Position numbers and translations under genes: made by a program
Notes under the pieces: generated by a model
Seen by the model: the letters and a program-made list of their open reading frames with translations, nothing else
Databases searched by the model: none
What the model was told of the DNA's origin: nothing
Part shown: one piece after another, positions 29,484 to 43,580 of the stretch
Layout of the letters: each line of letters starts with the position of its first letter
Numbering within the stretch: position 1 is the first letter of the stretch
Source: an uncultured Gemmatimonadaceae bacterium
GTDB taxonomy: Bacteria > Gemmatimonadota > Gemmatimonadetes > Gemmatimonadales > Gemmatimonadaceae
Assembly (NCBI GenBank): GCA_963716745.1
Contig: OY970320.1
Location: 352,001-416,000 of the forward strand
Direction: 5' to 3'
DNA length: 64,000 nucleotides

Positions 29484-30701
29484 CTAGTCGGCCGCCTCTT
29501 TCAGCAGGTGCCGGGCGATGACGATCCGCTGGATCTCGGACGTCCCTTCCCCGATCTCGCAGATCTTGGCGTCGCGCATCATGCGCTCCACGGGGAATTC
29601 GCGCGTGTAGCCGTAGCCGCCGTGCACCTGCACGGCGCGGTGCGTGGCGCGCATCGCCAGCTCCGAGCAGAAGAGCTTGGCCATGGCCGCTTGTGGGGCA
29701 TACGGCTGCCCGTTCTGCGCGAGCCATGCCGCGTTGTACAGCAGGTGACGGCCGGCCTCGATCTCGGTCGCGAGATCGGCCAATTGGAACTGGATCGCCT
29801 GGAATTCCGAGATCGGCTTGCCGAACTGCTTTCTTTGCAGCGAGTAGTCCACGGACAGTTCGAGCGCGCCCTCGGCAAGTCCGAGCGAGAGCGCCGCGAT
29901 GCCGACGCGTCCGGAGTCGAGCGTCTTCATGAAATTGACGAAGCCCTCGCCCTCGGCGCCGAGCAGATTCTCGGCGGGCACCTCGACGTCCTGCATGATC
30001 AGCTCGCATGTGTCGGACGCGCGCCAACCCAGCTTGTCCTCTTTGCGGCCGGAGGTGAAGCCCTTCATCGCGACGATCGAGTCATCGTGGCCGATGCCCG
30101 CCGCGCGGGCGCGCTCCGGCTCGTTCGTGTGCTTGGTGAGGATGAACGAGGAGATGCCGTGCGCACCCTTCGCCTTGTCGGTGACCGCGGTGACCACGAA
30201 GATCTCGCCGACGCCGCCGTGCGTGATGAACCGCTTGGCGCCGTTGAGCATGTAGCGGTCACCCTTCCGCACGGCCGTCGTGCGCGTGCCGCCGGCGTCG
30301 CTGCCGGCCGTCTCCTCGGTGAGACCGAAGCCGCCGATCACGCGGCCGGCGGCAAGCAGCGGCACGTACTTCTTTCGCTGCGCGTCGGTGCCGAAGCGCA
30401 CGATGGGCGACGTGCCGAGGGTGGTATGCGCCGAGATCGTGATCGCGTGCGACGCATCGACGCGCGCCATCTCCTCGATGGTGATGATGTAGCTGAGATA
30501 GTCGAGTCCCGCGCCGCCGAGCTCTTCATCCCACGGCACGCCGAGGAAGCCTTGCTCGGCCATGCGCTTCACCGTTTCCCACGGGAACTTGGCGTCGGCG
30601 TCGGCTTTCGCGGCGATCGGTCGCACCTCGGCCTCGGCGAAGGCGCGGACGGCCGCGCGAACGGCGTCGTGATGTTCGTTGAGATACGGGGAGCGGCTCA
30701 T
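29484..30701 (-). CDS. Acyl-CoA dehydrogenase
   Basis: FGLTE..AGSD, LNGAKRFIT, KLGWRASDT, RKQFG, GGYGY, EIGEGTSEIQR. Confidence 0.96.
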   Translation of the reverse strand: MSRSPYLNEHHDAVRAAVRAFAEAEVRPIAAKADADAKFPWETVKRMAEQGFLGVPWDEELGGAGLDYLSYIITIEEMARVDASHAITISAHTTLGTSPIVRFGTDAQRKKYVPLLAAGRVIGGFGLTEETAGSDAGGTRTTAVRKGDRYMLNGAKRFITHGGVGEIFVVTAVTDKAKGAHGISSFILTKHTNEPERARAAGIGHDDSIVAMKGFTSGRKEDKLGWRASDTCELIMQDVEVPAENLLGAEGEGFVNFMKTLDSGRVGIAALSLGLAEGALELSVDYSLQRKQFGKPISEFQAIQFQLADLATEIEAGRHLLYNAAWLAQNGQPYAPQAAMAKLFCSELAMRATHRAVQVHGGYGYTREFPVERMMRDAKICEIGEGTSEIQRIVIARHLLKEAAD

Positions 30702-30703
30702 GA

Positions 30704-32773
30704 TCAGGCGGCCTCGGTACCGTTGTCTTCTCTCAGGACGGCGAGCAGGCGCTCGCCGTATTTCTCCAGCCGCGCGGGGCCTACGCCGTGCACCGCCCCG
30801 AGCGCATCGAGCGAGCGCGGCCGCCGCACCGCGATCTCGACCAACGTCCTATCAGGAAATACGACGTACGCCGGCACATGTTCCGATTTCGCGATCGCCA
30901 TGCGCAGGCGACGCAGTGCGCCGACGAGCACCGGATCGGCGGACGAAAGATCGGGGTCGTCGGACACCGGTGCGACGAAGCGATCGCGGCGGCCGCGCTC
31001 GCCGCGGGGTTTGCGCGCGCCAGGCTCGTGCGCGAACGGGCGCGCGACCTCGGTCTCGGTGTCCTTCCGATGCGTGCCGAGGCAGATGTCGCAGCCGGTG
31101 CACTGGTCGCTCGCCGCGGGGTCGCCGAAGTAGCGGAGGAGGAAGCCGCGGCGGCATTTCTCGGTGTAGGCGTAGCGCTGCACCGCATCGAGCTTGTTCG
31201 TCTCGGCCCGGCGGCGGCGCGCGATGGCATCCCAGTCCACCTTGTATTTGGCGAGCGGCGCGCGCACGTCGGTGGCGCGGAGTCCGATACCGGCGCGTTC
31301 CCAGACGAGGAACTGCCGCGATTCGAGCGCGTCGAGCAGCGGGGGCACGCCCATCGCGCCGCCGAATCCGGGCGGGAGTCCATCCGGATCGATGATCGCG
31401 CCGGTCTCGAGGCGGGATCCGACCGCGCGCCAGAGCGCGCGGAGCAGCTCGAGCTCGGCTTCGTGGCCCGCGCCCGAGTTCGGCCTTGATCCGATCGGGC
31501 GCAGCGAGCAACCGCACCGAGAGGCGTTGCGCGCTGCCGGACTCGGCGGTCACGGCGCCGGCGTCCACCAGGATGCGCAGCGCCGACTCGGCCTCGCGGT
31601 CTTTGATCTTGCCGCCGGCGCGTGCGGCGAGATCGCCCGGCGCGATGCGTGCCATGCCCGATTCGTCGGTGGCACGTATGATCGTGGCGTACACCTTCTC
31701 CACCACGTCGCGCTCCGGATACGCGCTCTTGATGAAGAACTCGTGCGTGAAGCGATCGCGGAACGCGTGGAGCATCACGCATTCCGACGGGAGGCCATCG
31801 CGCCCGGCGCGGCCGGCCTCCTGGTAGTACGCCTCGAGCGTGCCGGGCATCGCGTGATGCACCACGAGCCGGATGTTCGACTTGTCGATACCCATGCCGA
31901 ACGCGTTCGTGGCGACGATCGCGCGCACTTCTTCGTTCATGAACGCGTCCTGCACCATGTGGCGGTGATCGTCGTCGAGGCCGGCGTGGTAGGCGAGCGC
32001 GCGGATCTTCGCCTGCTCCAGCACCGCGGTGATCTTCTCCACGGCGCGCCGGGTGGAGGCGTACACGATCGCCTGCCGGGGAACTGCTTGAGCACGCGCA
32101 CGAGCGCTCCGTCCTTGTCGTCCTCGGTGCGCGTGCGGATCACGTGATAGCCGAGATTCGCGCGGTCGAAGCCGGTGACGATGATCTCGGGTTGCGAAAG
32201 GCCGAGTTGCTTGACGATATCCTTGCGCACCTCGGGGGTGGCCGTCGCCGTGAGCGCGATGGTGGGCGGGAGGCCGAGCCGCTCGCGCACCTGACGCACG
32301 CGCAGATAACTCGGGCGGAAATCGTGCCCCCATTCGCTGACGCAGTGCGCCTCATCGATGGCGAGCAGCGAGACGCCGATCGCGGCGATGCGGTCGAGCG
32401 CGCGGCCCAGATCGAAGCGCTCCGGCGCCACATAGAGCAGCTTGAGCTCCCCGCGCTCGGCCCGCGCGAGGCGGTCGCTGATCTCGCCGCTCGAGAGCGT
32501 GGAGTTGAGGAACGCCGCCGGGAGGCCGCGCGCGGTGAGCGCGTCCACCTGGTCCTTCATGAGCGAGATGAGTGGCGACACCACCACCGTGAGCTTGGGC
32601 AGCAGCAGCGCCGGCGCCTGGTAGCAAAGGGATTTTCCGCCGCCGGTGGGGAGCACCACCAGCGTGTCGCGGCCCGCGAGAACCGACGCGATCGCCTGCT
32701 CCTGCCCCGGTCGGAATCCGGCGAAGCCGAGACGCTCGGTGACGAGCGCGTGCACATCGGAGAGCGCCGGCAC
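30704..32773 (-). CDS. recQ: RecQ family DNA helicase with HRDC domain (frameshifts near 32075 and 31470)
   Basis: PTGGGKSLCYQ, DEAHCVSEWGHDFRP, ATNAFGMGID, YYQEAGRAGRDG, CRR..L.YFG..C..CDIC, HRDC VPAYVVF. Confidence 0.93.
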
Positions 32774-32774
32774 G

Positions 32775-35262
32775 TCAGACCGCACGCACGTAGTGGCCGC
32801 GCGTGAACTCGCCACCGACCAACGCGCGGATGGGCGCGGTGGCCGGCGTCTGGCCGGCGGCGAGCTCGTCGAGCGCCGCACGCCACCGCTTCACGGTGTC
32901 CGCCACCGGATCGCGCGGCACGTTGAACAGCAGCCGGTAGCCGCGAATGCCCGAGCGCCACAGGCGCGGCAGGAACTCCGATGCCTCGATCGGCCGCGAG
33001 TGCAGCAGCCGGTTGCGGCACTGCCCGTCGGTGGCCACCGGGAAGGTGTAGCCGGCGGGATCGGTGAGCTCCACCTCGGGGTGCTTCTGCACGCAGAGGT
33101 CGCGGCACGTAGTGACGACGCGGTCGAACGCGGCCGAGAGCACGCAGTGTTCGATCGTCATTCCCTCGGGGCGTCCGTAGGCGAGCACATCGAAGCCCGC
33201 GCCATTCCATGGCGCGGTGACCGCGGCGATCTCGTCGAGCGTGAGTTCCACGCTCAGCACGAGACGGCGGGCGCCGAGTTTGAAATACTCGGCCGCAGTG
33301 TGCTGATTGAACACGTTGAGCGCGTAGTCGCCAATGATGTCCTTCCCCTCGGCGGCCATCTCGGCGACGAGGCCCGCGTGCCCCGAGAGGAACGGGACAT
33401 CGAGGTCCAGCCACTTCTCGATCGCGCCGCGGTCATCGGGGCGAACGATGGTCGGCGTGCGCAGGCGGAATCCGATCCCGCGTTCCGCAAGTTCCTGGGC
33501 GAGCGTGCGCACGCGGGAGACCGGCGGCATGGGATGCCGCAGGAACGGATCGAGCGCGATCTCGGTGGCGCCGGCGTCGGCGGCGGCGCGCGCGTCCTCC
33601 GTGTTGTAGACATTGGCGCTGAGCATGAATGCGCCCTGCTCCGTTCGCGGCGCGACATCGAGGGCGCGCACCGCCGCGGCGATGCGCTCTCGCCGGCCGG
33701 CCACGTGGACCTCGGCCGCTCCGTCGCGCGACTCGCCAAGCTGCACGACCGCCCGCTGGCGAAGATCGTTCAGCTCCGACACGGGCAGGAACATGCCCGG
33801 CGCGAGCGCCGAGTCGTCCACAGTGCCGAGCACGAAGGGTGTGCCGCCGAGCCGTCCGAACTGTTCGCGCAGCTGCGCTTGATCCAGCGCACGCTTCGAA
33901 GCGGGGGCGAGCGTGATCGTGCTCTGGAGTTTCACCGCATCGTCGCCGGCGCTGAAGATCATCGTGAGCGGCGCGCCCGCGCCGCCGATCGCGCGCGCGT
34001 CGAGCCGCACGGCGTGTCCGGCCGTTGGCGTGGCGATGTTCGCGAAGCTCGCTCGCGCGCGCTCGTTGAGCGACGGCTGCGACGTGCGATACACGCGCCA
34101 TCCACTGGGCACGCGCTCGCGCGCCGGGACCACTTGCCGCGTGATGCCGTTCGCGAACGCGAGATTGCGCACGCGCGCCACTGAGAAGCCCATCGAGCGG
34201 CCGCTCGTGCCCTCGGGCGGTTCGAATCCCAGCCCATCACCCGGCGCGATGGGCGACGAGACCTCGACGGTGATCTCGCCGTCGCCGGTCGCCGTCACCG
34301 TGCCGAGCAGCACGCCGTGGTTGTCGGGCTGCAGACGCGTGATGTAGTCGCGTCCGGCGCGGCCGCCGAACATGCCACCGGTGAAGCCGCGGCTGAAGAT
34401 CTGCACGAGCTCGGGGTGCTCGGTGGCCGGCGGCAGCACGCGTTCGCCGCGCGACAACGCGGCCCAGCAGCTCGCGATAGCTGCGCGTGACGGTCGCCAC
34501 GTATTCCGGCTTCTTCTTCCGGCCTTCGATCTTGAGCGTGCTGATGCCGATCTCGGCGAGTTCCGCGAGATGCTCGGTGGCGCCAAGGTCCTTGGCCGAG
34601 ATCAGAAATCCCTCGTCGAGCATGTCGCCAGTGCGGCCGTCCTTGAGCGCGTAGCCTTTCCGGCATGACTGCGCGCACGATCCGCGATTCGCGCTGCGTT
34701 CCGAGATCATCCCCGACATCAGGCATTGGCCCGAGTACGCGATGCACAATGCGCCGTGCACGAAGGTCTCGAGCTCGAGATCCGGCACCGCGCTGTGGAT
34801 GGCGCGCACATCGTCGAGCGTGTTCTCGCGCGCGAGCACGACGCGCTGGATGCCGAGCCGCTCGGCCAGGCGCGCGCCGCTGGCGTCGTGCACCGTCATC
34901 TGCGTGCTGCCATGGATGGCGAAGCCGGGATACACGGCCTGGATCAGGCGCACTGCGCCCACATCCTGCACGAGCGCCGCGTCGATGCCGCGGTCGATGC
35001 ATTCGCCCAGCAACTCGAGCGCATCCTCGAGTTCGGCCGGCTTGAGCAGCGTGTTGAGCGTGAGGTAGATGCGCGCCGACCGCGCGTGCGCGATGCGGCA
35101 CGCGGCGGCCACCTCGTCGAGAGTGAGCTGCGCTCCTTCGTCGCGCGCGTTGAACCGCTCGGCGCCCAGGTAGACCGCATCCGCTCCGTTCGCGACGGCG
35201 GCGCGCACCGCGTCGAGCGAGCCGGCGGGCGCGAGCAGCTCCGGGATGCGGCGCGTCGTCAT
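32775..35262 (-). CDS. Long U32 peptidase family protein (RlhA-like RNA hydroxylation factor); frameshift near 34460
   Basis: PELLAPAGS, GADAVYLG, STQMT, LAREN, HGALCIAYSGQC..S..RSANRGSCAQSCR, LKIEGR; second degenerate U32 domain. Confidence 0.9.
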
Positions 35263-35457
35263 GGCGCGGCGCTCGGCCTCGCGGGGCGTCTTCAGGAAGC
35301 GCAGCAGGAACGCGAGCGCCACCATGCCGATCGCGGCCATCATGACCAGCCGGCGAGCCCTCGCGCCACCCGACGAACCAGATGACGAGCGCCACCAAGA
35401 GGAGCGCCATCTGAGCTTGGAACAGTCGCATCCGAGCGGCGTGTCGAGCCGGCTCAT
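35259..35457 (-). CDS. Small two-TM membrane protein (frameshifted)
   Basis: Hydrophobic segments QMALLLVALVIWFVGW and VMMAAIGMVALAFLLRFL in adjacent frames fill the gap between coupled genes. Confidence 0.45.
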
Positions 35458-36222
35458 GCGCCTTCCTTGCCGCGCGCGAACCGCATGACGCCCTCGCGGA
35501 AATCAGGCGTGGCGCGCGATTCGACGTTCGTCTGCGCTCCGAGCGAGATGCCGGCTTCGAAGCCCCGCGTGTCCAGCGAATAGAAGAGCTTCTTCGTGAG
35601 CCGAAGTGCGTTCGCGGAAGTGGCCGCGAGTGCCGCGACGAACTTCTCGACGTCGGCCTCGAACGCAGCGGCCGGGAACACGCGGCTCACGAGCCCGAGC
35701 GCCAGCGCTTCGCGTGCATCCACCTGCCGGCCCGTCGCGACCAGTTCGAACGCCGGCTTCTCGCCGACGGTGCGGCGCAGCATGGTCATCACCATCGCCG
35801 GCACGAATCCGACGCGCACCTCGGGATATCCGAAGCGCGACTCCTCGTGCGCGAGCACGATGTCGCACGCGGTCGCGAGTCCGGCGCCGCCGGCGATCGC
35901 GCGGCCGCGCACCGCCGCCACCACCGGCTTCGGCAGGCCGCGCAGCATCACGAACAGCTCGCCGAGCAGGTCGGCGTCGCGCCGCTGCGCGTCGGGGCCG
36001 GCGTCGAGCATCGCGGCGAGCGCTTCGAGGTCGGCGCCCGCGCAGAAATCCGCGCCTTCGGCGTCAATGAGCAGCACGCGCACCGCCGCATCGGCGCCCG
36101 CGGCTCTCACCGCATCGAGCAGCGCCTGCGACCATCGCCTGGTCGAGCGCATTGCGCTTGTCGGCGCGCGCGAGCGTGATGCGCGCCACGCCGGCGGCGG
36201 TCGCCGTACGAACGCGCGTCAT
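35454..36222 (-). CDS. Methylglutaconyl-CoA hydratase-like crotonase (LiuC/AtuE type); frameshift near 36130
   Basis: [36 protein letters not shown]. Confidence 0.85.
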
Positions 36223-36576
36223 TCGGGCGCCTCGGGAAGGGCGAGTTTCTTCGCGGTCGGCATCCGGCACGTCGATCACGAGACGCAGCAGCGACGTGGA
36301 GAACACCTTCCCCTGCGCGTCGGTCTTGAGCGACACCGTTCCTCCGCCGCCGAGCGCGCCATGCAGCAGGAAATTGAGCGCGATGAGGTTCGGGAGCTCG
36401 AACCGTTCCACCGGACCCGTGATCTCCGCGCCGTAGTGCTGCGTGACGCGCGCCGCCGTGACGTGTTCGACGAGCACCGGATACCACTCGGCGCGCAGCG
36501 CGATGAGCCCGACGTTCGCGGTGTCGCCCTTGTCGCCGGAGCGCGCGTGCGCGATGTCGAGCAGGCGGACCCTCAT
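36219..36576 (-). CDS. Small AtuA-related protein
   Basis: [37 protein letters not shown]; 3' end frameshifted. Confidence 0.85.
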
Positions 36577-37934
36577 GCGCCCACCGTGACGCTCGTCGTG
36601 ACGACGCTCTTGCTCACGAGCGCCGGCCAATAGGCGACGACGTCCTCCACCTTCGGCCGGCCGCCCGCGAAGCCCGTGACACTGGGCGGGCCGTTGAGCA
36701 CGAGCGGCACGATCTCGCGCGTGAATCGCTCGACCATCTTGCGATCGCCGCCGCGCACGGCGACGCGGAGCTGCACCTCCGGAAGATCGGGCGGCTGTGC
36801 CCGCGAGCGCGCCGTGCGTCGCCGATGCGCCGACGAACTCCACGCGCACTTCGTCGAACTTGAGACCCAGGGTGTCGAGGCGCTCGCGCAAGACGCGGCC
36901 CGCGAGCTGCGCCTTCTCCAGCGCGTCGGGCCACGCGTACACCAGCGTGCCCACCGCCTTGTAGCCGGCGCGATACGCGATCGAGACCTTGAGGAACTCC
37001 GTGGCCGGCCGTCCTTTGATCCCGCTCACGCGCACGCGATCCTTCCCGGCGTCCGCGAGCTGGATCGTCGCGAAATCCGCGATCACGTCGGGCGTGATGT
37101 ACGCGTGCGGATCACCCATCTCGTACACGAGCTGCTCGGTGATCCCGGGCACGTCCACGATGCCGCCGGTGCCGGCATGCTTGGTGACGATGAACGTGCC
37201 ATCGGCCGACGCCTCGACGATCGGATAGCCGACGTTCGCGAGATCGGGCACCGAGCGCCAATCGCGCAGGCGGTTGCCGCCGGAACTCTGCGCGCCGCAT
37301 TCGATGATGTGACCGGCAACGATGCCGGCCGCGAGGCGGTCCCAATCCGAATCGCCCCAGCCGAATTCGTGGCGCAGCGGCGCCATCGTGAGCGCGGTGT
37401 CGGTGGAGCGGCCCGTGATGACGACGTTCGCGCCCTTCGCGAGCGCCTCCACGATGGGCGCCGAACCGAGGTACGCGTTGGCCGAGAGCACGCGGTCGCG
37501 GATCGTGGACGAGCGGCTCGCCGGTCTCCATGTTCTTGAGCGCGTGGCCGGCGGCGAGCAGCGCGTCGAGCCGCGGCAGCAGATCGTCGCCGGTCACGAC
37601 GCCGATGCGGATCTTGTCCGCGACGCGCCGCCGCGCGCGCCGATGCGGTCACCGCGGCGGCGCAAGCGACCGGATTCACGCCGCCCGCGTTCGCGATCAC
37701 TTTCACGCCGCGCTCGGCGACGCCCGCGTAGATGCTCTCCATCGCGCCGACGAAATCGCGCGCGTAGCCCATGTTGCGGATCGCGCTCCTTCTGCTTCTG
37801 AAGGATCGACATCGTCACTTCGGCCAGATAGTCGAGCATGAGGTAGTCGATCGGCCCGCCCTCCACCTGGCGGCGCGGCGCTTCGAGCCAATCGCCCCAG
37901 AATCCCTGTCCCGCGGCGACGCGCACGACGCGGC

Positions 37935-37938
<4 letters not shown>
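36573..37938 (-). CDS. Acyclic terpene utilisation AtuA family protein (DUF1446); several frameshifts
   Basis: [61 protein letters not shown]. Confidence 0.9.
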
Positions 37939-39545
<1,607 letters not shown>

Positions 39546-39549
<4 letters not shown>

Positions 39550-39960
39550 GCGTCCTGCCGCTGGCGCTCGGCGAACCACTCGCGGATGTAGTCCGCGAGA
39601 TCGGACGTCTTGGTGCCCGGGTCCGAAGAGTTTGCCGATGCCGCGGCGCTGCAGGTCTTCGATGTCCTCGGCCGGAAGGATCCCGCCGCCGGTGATGAGG
39701 ATGTCGTCGCGGCCGGCGGCGCGCAGCAGCTCGAGCACGCGCGGGAAGAGCGTCATGTGCGCGCCGCTGAGGATCGAGAGGCCCACGACGTCCACATCCT
39801 CCTGCACCGCGGCGTTCGCGATCATCTCCGGCGTCTGGTGCAGCCCGGTGTAGATGACCTCCATGCCGGCGTCGCGGAGCGCCGCGGCGACGACCTTCGC
39901 CCCCCGGTCGTGACCATCGAGACCGGGCTTGGCGATCAACACGCGAATGGGTCGCGGCAT
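39546..39960 (-). CDS. Cobalamin-binding small subunit of acyl-CoA mutase; frameshift near 39612
   Basis: [10 protein letters not shown] (DxHxxG), [12 protein letters not shown]. Confidence 0.94.
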
Positions 39961-40003
39961 CTCAGGCGAAGTGGGAGGTGGGTGGGCGCAACTCGGTATA
40001 AGT

Positions 40004-40783
40004 CTAGCGTCTACGCCGTGCGCGCGGCAACTCATCTTTGCGCGCGAGAAGGACCATTTCAGCGGAGCGGCGCGTGAGCGGCGCGTCACGCCATCCGTCG
40101 AACGCCTGCTCCACGATGAGGCCGGCCGCGGCGCAGAGTTCGGCCAGCCGGCTGGCCGTGTACAGCCGGATACGATGGTCGCGTTGGCCATGGTCCCGGG
40201 GGCCGCTCCACTCGGCGTGCACGCTGAGCACGCCGCTCAGCGGATCGAACTCCCGCTCGTGCGCGATCATCGTGCCATCCGACGTGCGCCACCAATCGCG
40301 CGAGAGGAAGCGCGCCATGACGCCGTCGCGGCTGCCGCCGTGCCAGATGAGCACGCCGCCGGGCTTGAGCACGCGCGCGAACTCGTGGATCACCCGCGCA
40401 TCGTCGGCCGGGTTGAGGAAGAAGCCGAACGACGTGAAGAGGTTCACCACGGCGTCGAAGCGTCCGGTCCACTTCGCGTCGAGGCGGCGCATGTCGCCGC
40501 GCACGTAGCGAAGCGTGGCAGACGTGCCGCGTGCCCGCGCGACCTTGAGCAGCGCGGCCGAGAGATCGACACCGGTGACGTCGAAACCCGCTTCGGCGAG
40601 GAGATGCGCGTGGCGCCCCTGGCCGCAGGGCAGATCGAGGAGGCGCGCGCCGCTGGGGAGGCCGAGCAGTTCGAGCACGCGCGCCACCTCCGCGCGGTCG
40701 CGCGCGGCGGTGAACAACGGCTCGTACTCGCGCAGGTACTTCGCGTCGAAGTGCGTCTCCCACCACTCGCGCGGCGCAGGCAC
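40004..40783 (-). CDS. Class I SAM-dependent methyltransferase
   Basis: [27 protein letters not shown]. Confidence 0.9.
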   Translation of the reverse strand: MPAPREWWETHFDAKYLREYEPLFTAARDRAEVARVLELLGLPSGARLLDLPCGQGRHAHLLAEAGFDVTGVDLSAALLKVARARGTSATLRYVRGDMRRLDAKWTGRFDAVVNLFTSFGFFLNPADDARVIHEFARVLKPGGVLIWHGGSRDGVMARFLSRDWWRTSDGTMIAHEREFDPLSGVLSVHAEWSGPRDHGQRDHRIRLYTASRLAELCAAAGLIVEQAFDGWRDAPLTRRSAEMVLLARKDELPRARRRR

Positions 40784-40793
40784 CGGGCCGGCC

Positions 40794-42489
40794 CTAGAAG
40801 AAGACGGGCTCGCGATACGCGCCGAAGACGTCCTCCATCGCGGCCCGGATCTCGTACAGCGTGCAGTAGGCGCGCGCGCAGTCGAGGATGAACGGCACGA
40901 GGTTCTGCTCCGTCTTCGCGGCGTCGCGGAGCGCCGCGATGCGGCGCGCGCAGAGGTCGTTGTCGCGGGCGGCGCGCATCGCCTTCATCCGGGCGCGCTG
41001 CTCCTGCTCCGTGTGCTCGCCGATCTTGAGCAGCGGGATCGTGAGCGCGTCCTCTTCGGTGACGAAGTCGTTCACGCCCACGATCACGCGGCGGTGCTGC
41101 TCCACTTCCCACTGCTGGCGCGCCGCGCTCTCCGCGATCTTGCGCTGGAGCCACCCGATCTCGAGCGCCCGCACCACGCCGCCCTGGAGCGCGATCTCCT
41201 CGAACAGCGCTTCGGCCTCGCGCTCGAGCTTGTCGGTGAGCGACTCCACGTAGTACGACCCGCCCAGCGGATCGAGCACGTTGGGCACGCCGGTCTCGTA
41301 CGCGAGCACCTGCTGCGTGCGCAGCGCCACCTGCACCGAATGCTCGGTGGGCAGCGCGAGCGTCTCGTCCATCGAATTCGTGTGCAGCGACTGCGTGCCG
41401 CCGAGCACCGCCGCGAGCGCCTGGTACGCCACGCGCACGATGTTGTTCATCGGCTGCTGCGCGGTGAGCGTCACGCCCGCGGTCTGCGAGTGGAAACGCA
41501 TCATCCACGAGCGCGGATCCTTCGCGCCGTAGCGCTCCTTCATGTGGCGCGCCCAGATGCGGCGCGCGGCGCGCAGCTTCGCGATCTCCTCGAAGAAATC
41601 GTTGTGGATGTCCCAGAAGAACGAGAGGCGCGGCGCGAAGTCATCCACCTTGAGCCCGCGCGCGATGCCGCGCTCGACGTACGTGAAGCCGTCGGCGAGC
41701 GTGAACGCGAGCTCCTGCACCGCCGTGGATCCGGCCTCGCGGATGTGGTAGCCGGAGATCGAGATCGTGTTCCAGTGCGGCGCGTGCGTGGCGCTCCACT
41801 CGAAGCCGTCCACGATGAGGCGCAGCGCGGGCTCGATCGGGATACACCCACGCGTGCTGCGCCATGTACTCTTTCAGGATGTCGTTCTGGACCGTGCCGC
41901 GCAGTTTGCGCGAGTCGACGCCCTGCTTCTCGGCCGCCGCGATGTAGAAGCAATACAGGATGATCGCGGGCCCGTTGATCGTCATGGACGTCGAGACCTG
42001 ATCGAGCGGGATCCCGTCGAAGAGCGTCTCCATGTCGGCGAGACTCGAGATCGCCACGCCGCACTTGCCTACCTCGCCTTCGGAGCGCGGATGGTCGGAG
42101 TCGTATCCCATCAGCGTCGGGAAATCGAACGCGACCGAGAGGCCCGTCTGCCCGTGCTCGAGGAGGAACTTGTAGCGTGCGTTCGTGTCGCTGGCGCTGC
42201 CGAAGCCGGCGAACTGCCGCATCGTCCACAGTTTGCCGCGATAGCCGGTCGGGTGGATGCCGCGCGTGAACGGATAGGTGCCCGGAACGCCGAGCGCCGT
42301 CACGTCGCTCGCGTGCTCATCGGCCGCGCTGAAGAGCGGCTCCACCGGCCCCGAGGAATTCGTGAACGCGAGATCGCGCAGTTCGCCCTTCGCGTATCGG
42401 GCGCGCCACTCGGCGAGCTCGGCGCGGAGGCGCGCGATCTCGGCGTCGGCGTCGGTTCCCGTGTGCAACGGCTCGCGGATCGTCGTCAT
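40794..42489 (-). CDS. B12-dependent acyl-CoA mutase large subunit, isobutyryl-CoA mutase-like; frameshift near 41838
   Basis: [58 protein letters not shown]. Confidence 0.92.
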
Positions 42490-43580
42490 GTCGAGCTCCT
42501 TGGCGTCTTGCCGCCGGCCAGCCGCGTCGCGCTCTCGGCGAGCAGCGCCTGGGCCGCCGCGAAAGGCGTGAGCACGCCGGCTTCGAGTGGCTCGAGTTGC
42601 GCGTCGAGCCATTCGTTCACCGCACCGTCGTCCCATAGGCGGGCACGCAACTGACGTTCGGCCGCGTCCACCACCCGTTCTCGCAGACGCCGCCGGCGCC
42701 GCTCGCGCAACCCGCCGCTCTTCTGAAGATACTCGAAGTGGCGGTCGAGCGCCGCCGACAATTCCGTTACGCCCTCGCCCTTCGCCGCTATCGTGGCAAG
42801 CACGGGCGGCGTCCAGCGGTCCTCGTCGCTCGCGTTCGCCGCTTTCCGCGCTGCGTACGCCGGATTCTTCGGCTTGAGCTCCACCCCATGATGCGCCGGC
42901 ATGTTCTTGAAGATCTGACCGAGACGAAGGCCGAGCATGAGCTCCACCTCGTTGCGGAGTCGGTCGGCGCCCGGACGGTCGGCCTTGTTCACGACGAAGA
43001 GATCGGCGATCTCCATGAGGCCCGCCTTCATCGTCTGGATCGAGTCGCCGGATTCCGGCACGAGCACCACGACGCTCGAATCGGCGGTGCGCGCGATGTC
43101 GAGTTCGCTCTGGCCGACGCCCACGGTCTCGAGGATGATGCGGTCGAAGCCGTACGCATCGAGCACGTCCGCCGTCTCGCGGGACGTCGCCGCGAGACCG
43201 CCGAGCGCGCCGCGCGTCGCCATGGAGCGGATGAAGATGCCGGGGTCGAGCGCGACCTCCTCCATGCGGATCCGGTCGCCGAGCAACGCGCCGCCGGTGA
43301 ACGGCGACGTGGGATCGACGGCGATGATCCCGACCGTGTGTCCCTGCGCGCGCCACAATGCCGCGAGCCGTACCACGAGCGTGCTCTTCCCGGCTCCCGG
43401 CGGTCCGGTGATGCCGATGCGGCGCGCGTGTCCGAGCTTGGCGTGCAGCGCCGCGAGCAGCTCGTCGCTGCCCGCGCGATGATTCTCCACGATCGAGACG
43501 GCGCGCGCGAGCGCCGCCGGCCGCCGCTCACGGAACTCGCCGAGCAGCGTCTCGATCGCGGTAGGCGCATTCGTCGTCAC
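42486..43580 (-). CDS. meaB: Mutase-associated GTPase chaperone MeaB
   Basis: [44 protein letters not shown]. Confidence 0.95.
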   Translation of the reverse strand: MTTNAPTAIETLLGEFRERRPAALARAVSIVENHRAGSDELLAALHAKLGHARRIGITGPPGAGKSTLVVRLAALWRAQGHTVGIIAVDPTSPFTGGALLGDRIRMEEVALDPGIFIRSMATRGALGGLAATSRETADVLDAYGFDRIILETVGVGQSELDIARTADSSVVVLVPESGDSIQTMKAGLMEIADLFVVNKADRPGADRLRNEVELMLGLRLGQIFKNMPAHHGVELKPKNPAYAARKAANASDEDRWTPPVLATIAAKGEGVTELSAALDRHFEYLQKSGGLRERRRRRLRERVVDAAERQLRARLWDDGAVNEWLDAQLEPLEAGVLTPFAAAQALLAESATRLAGGKTPRSST

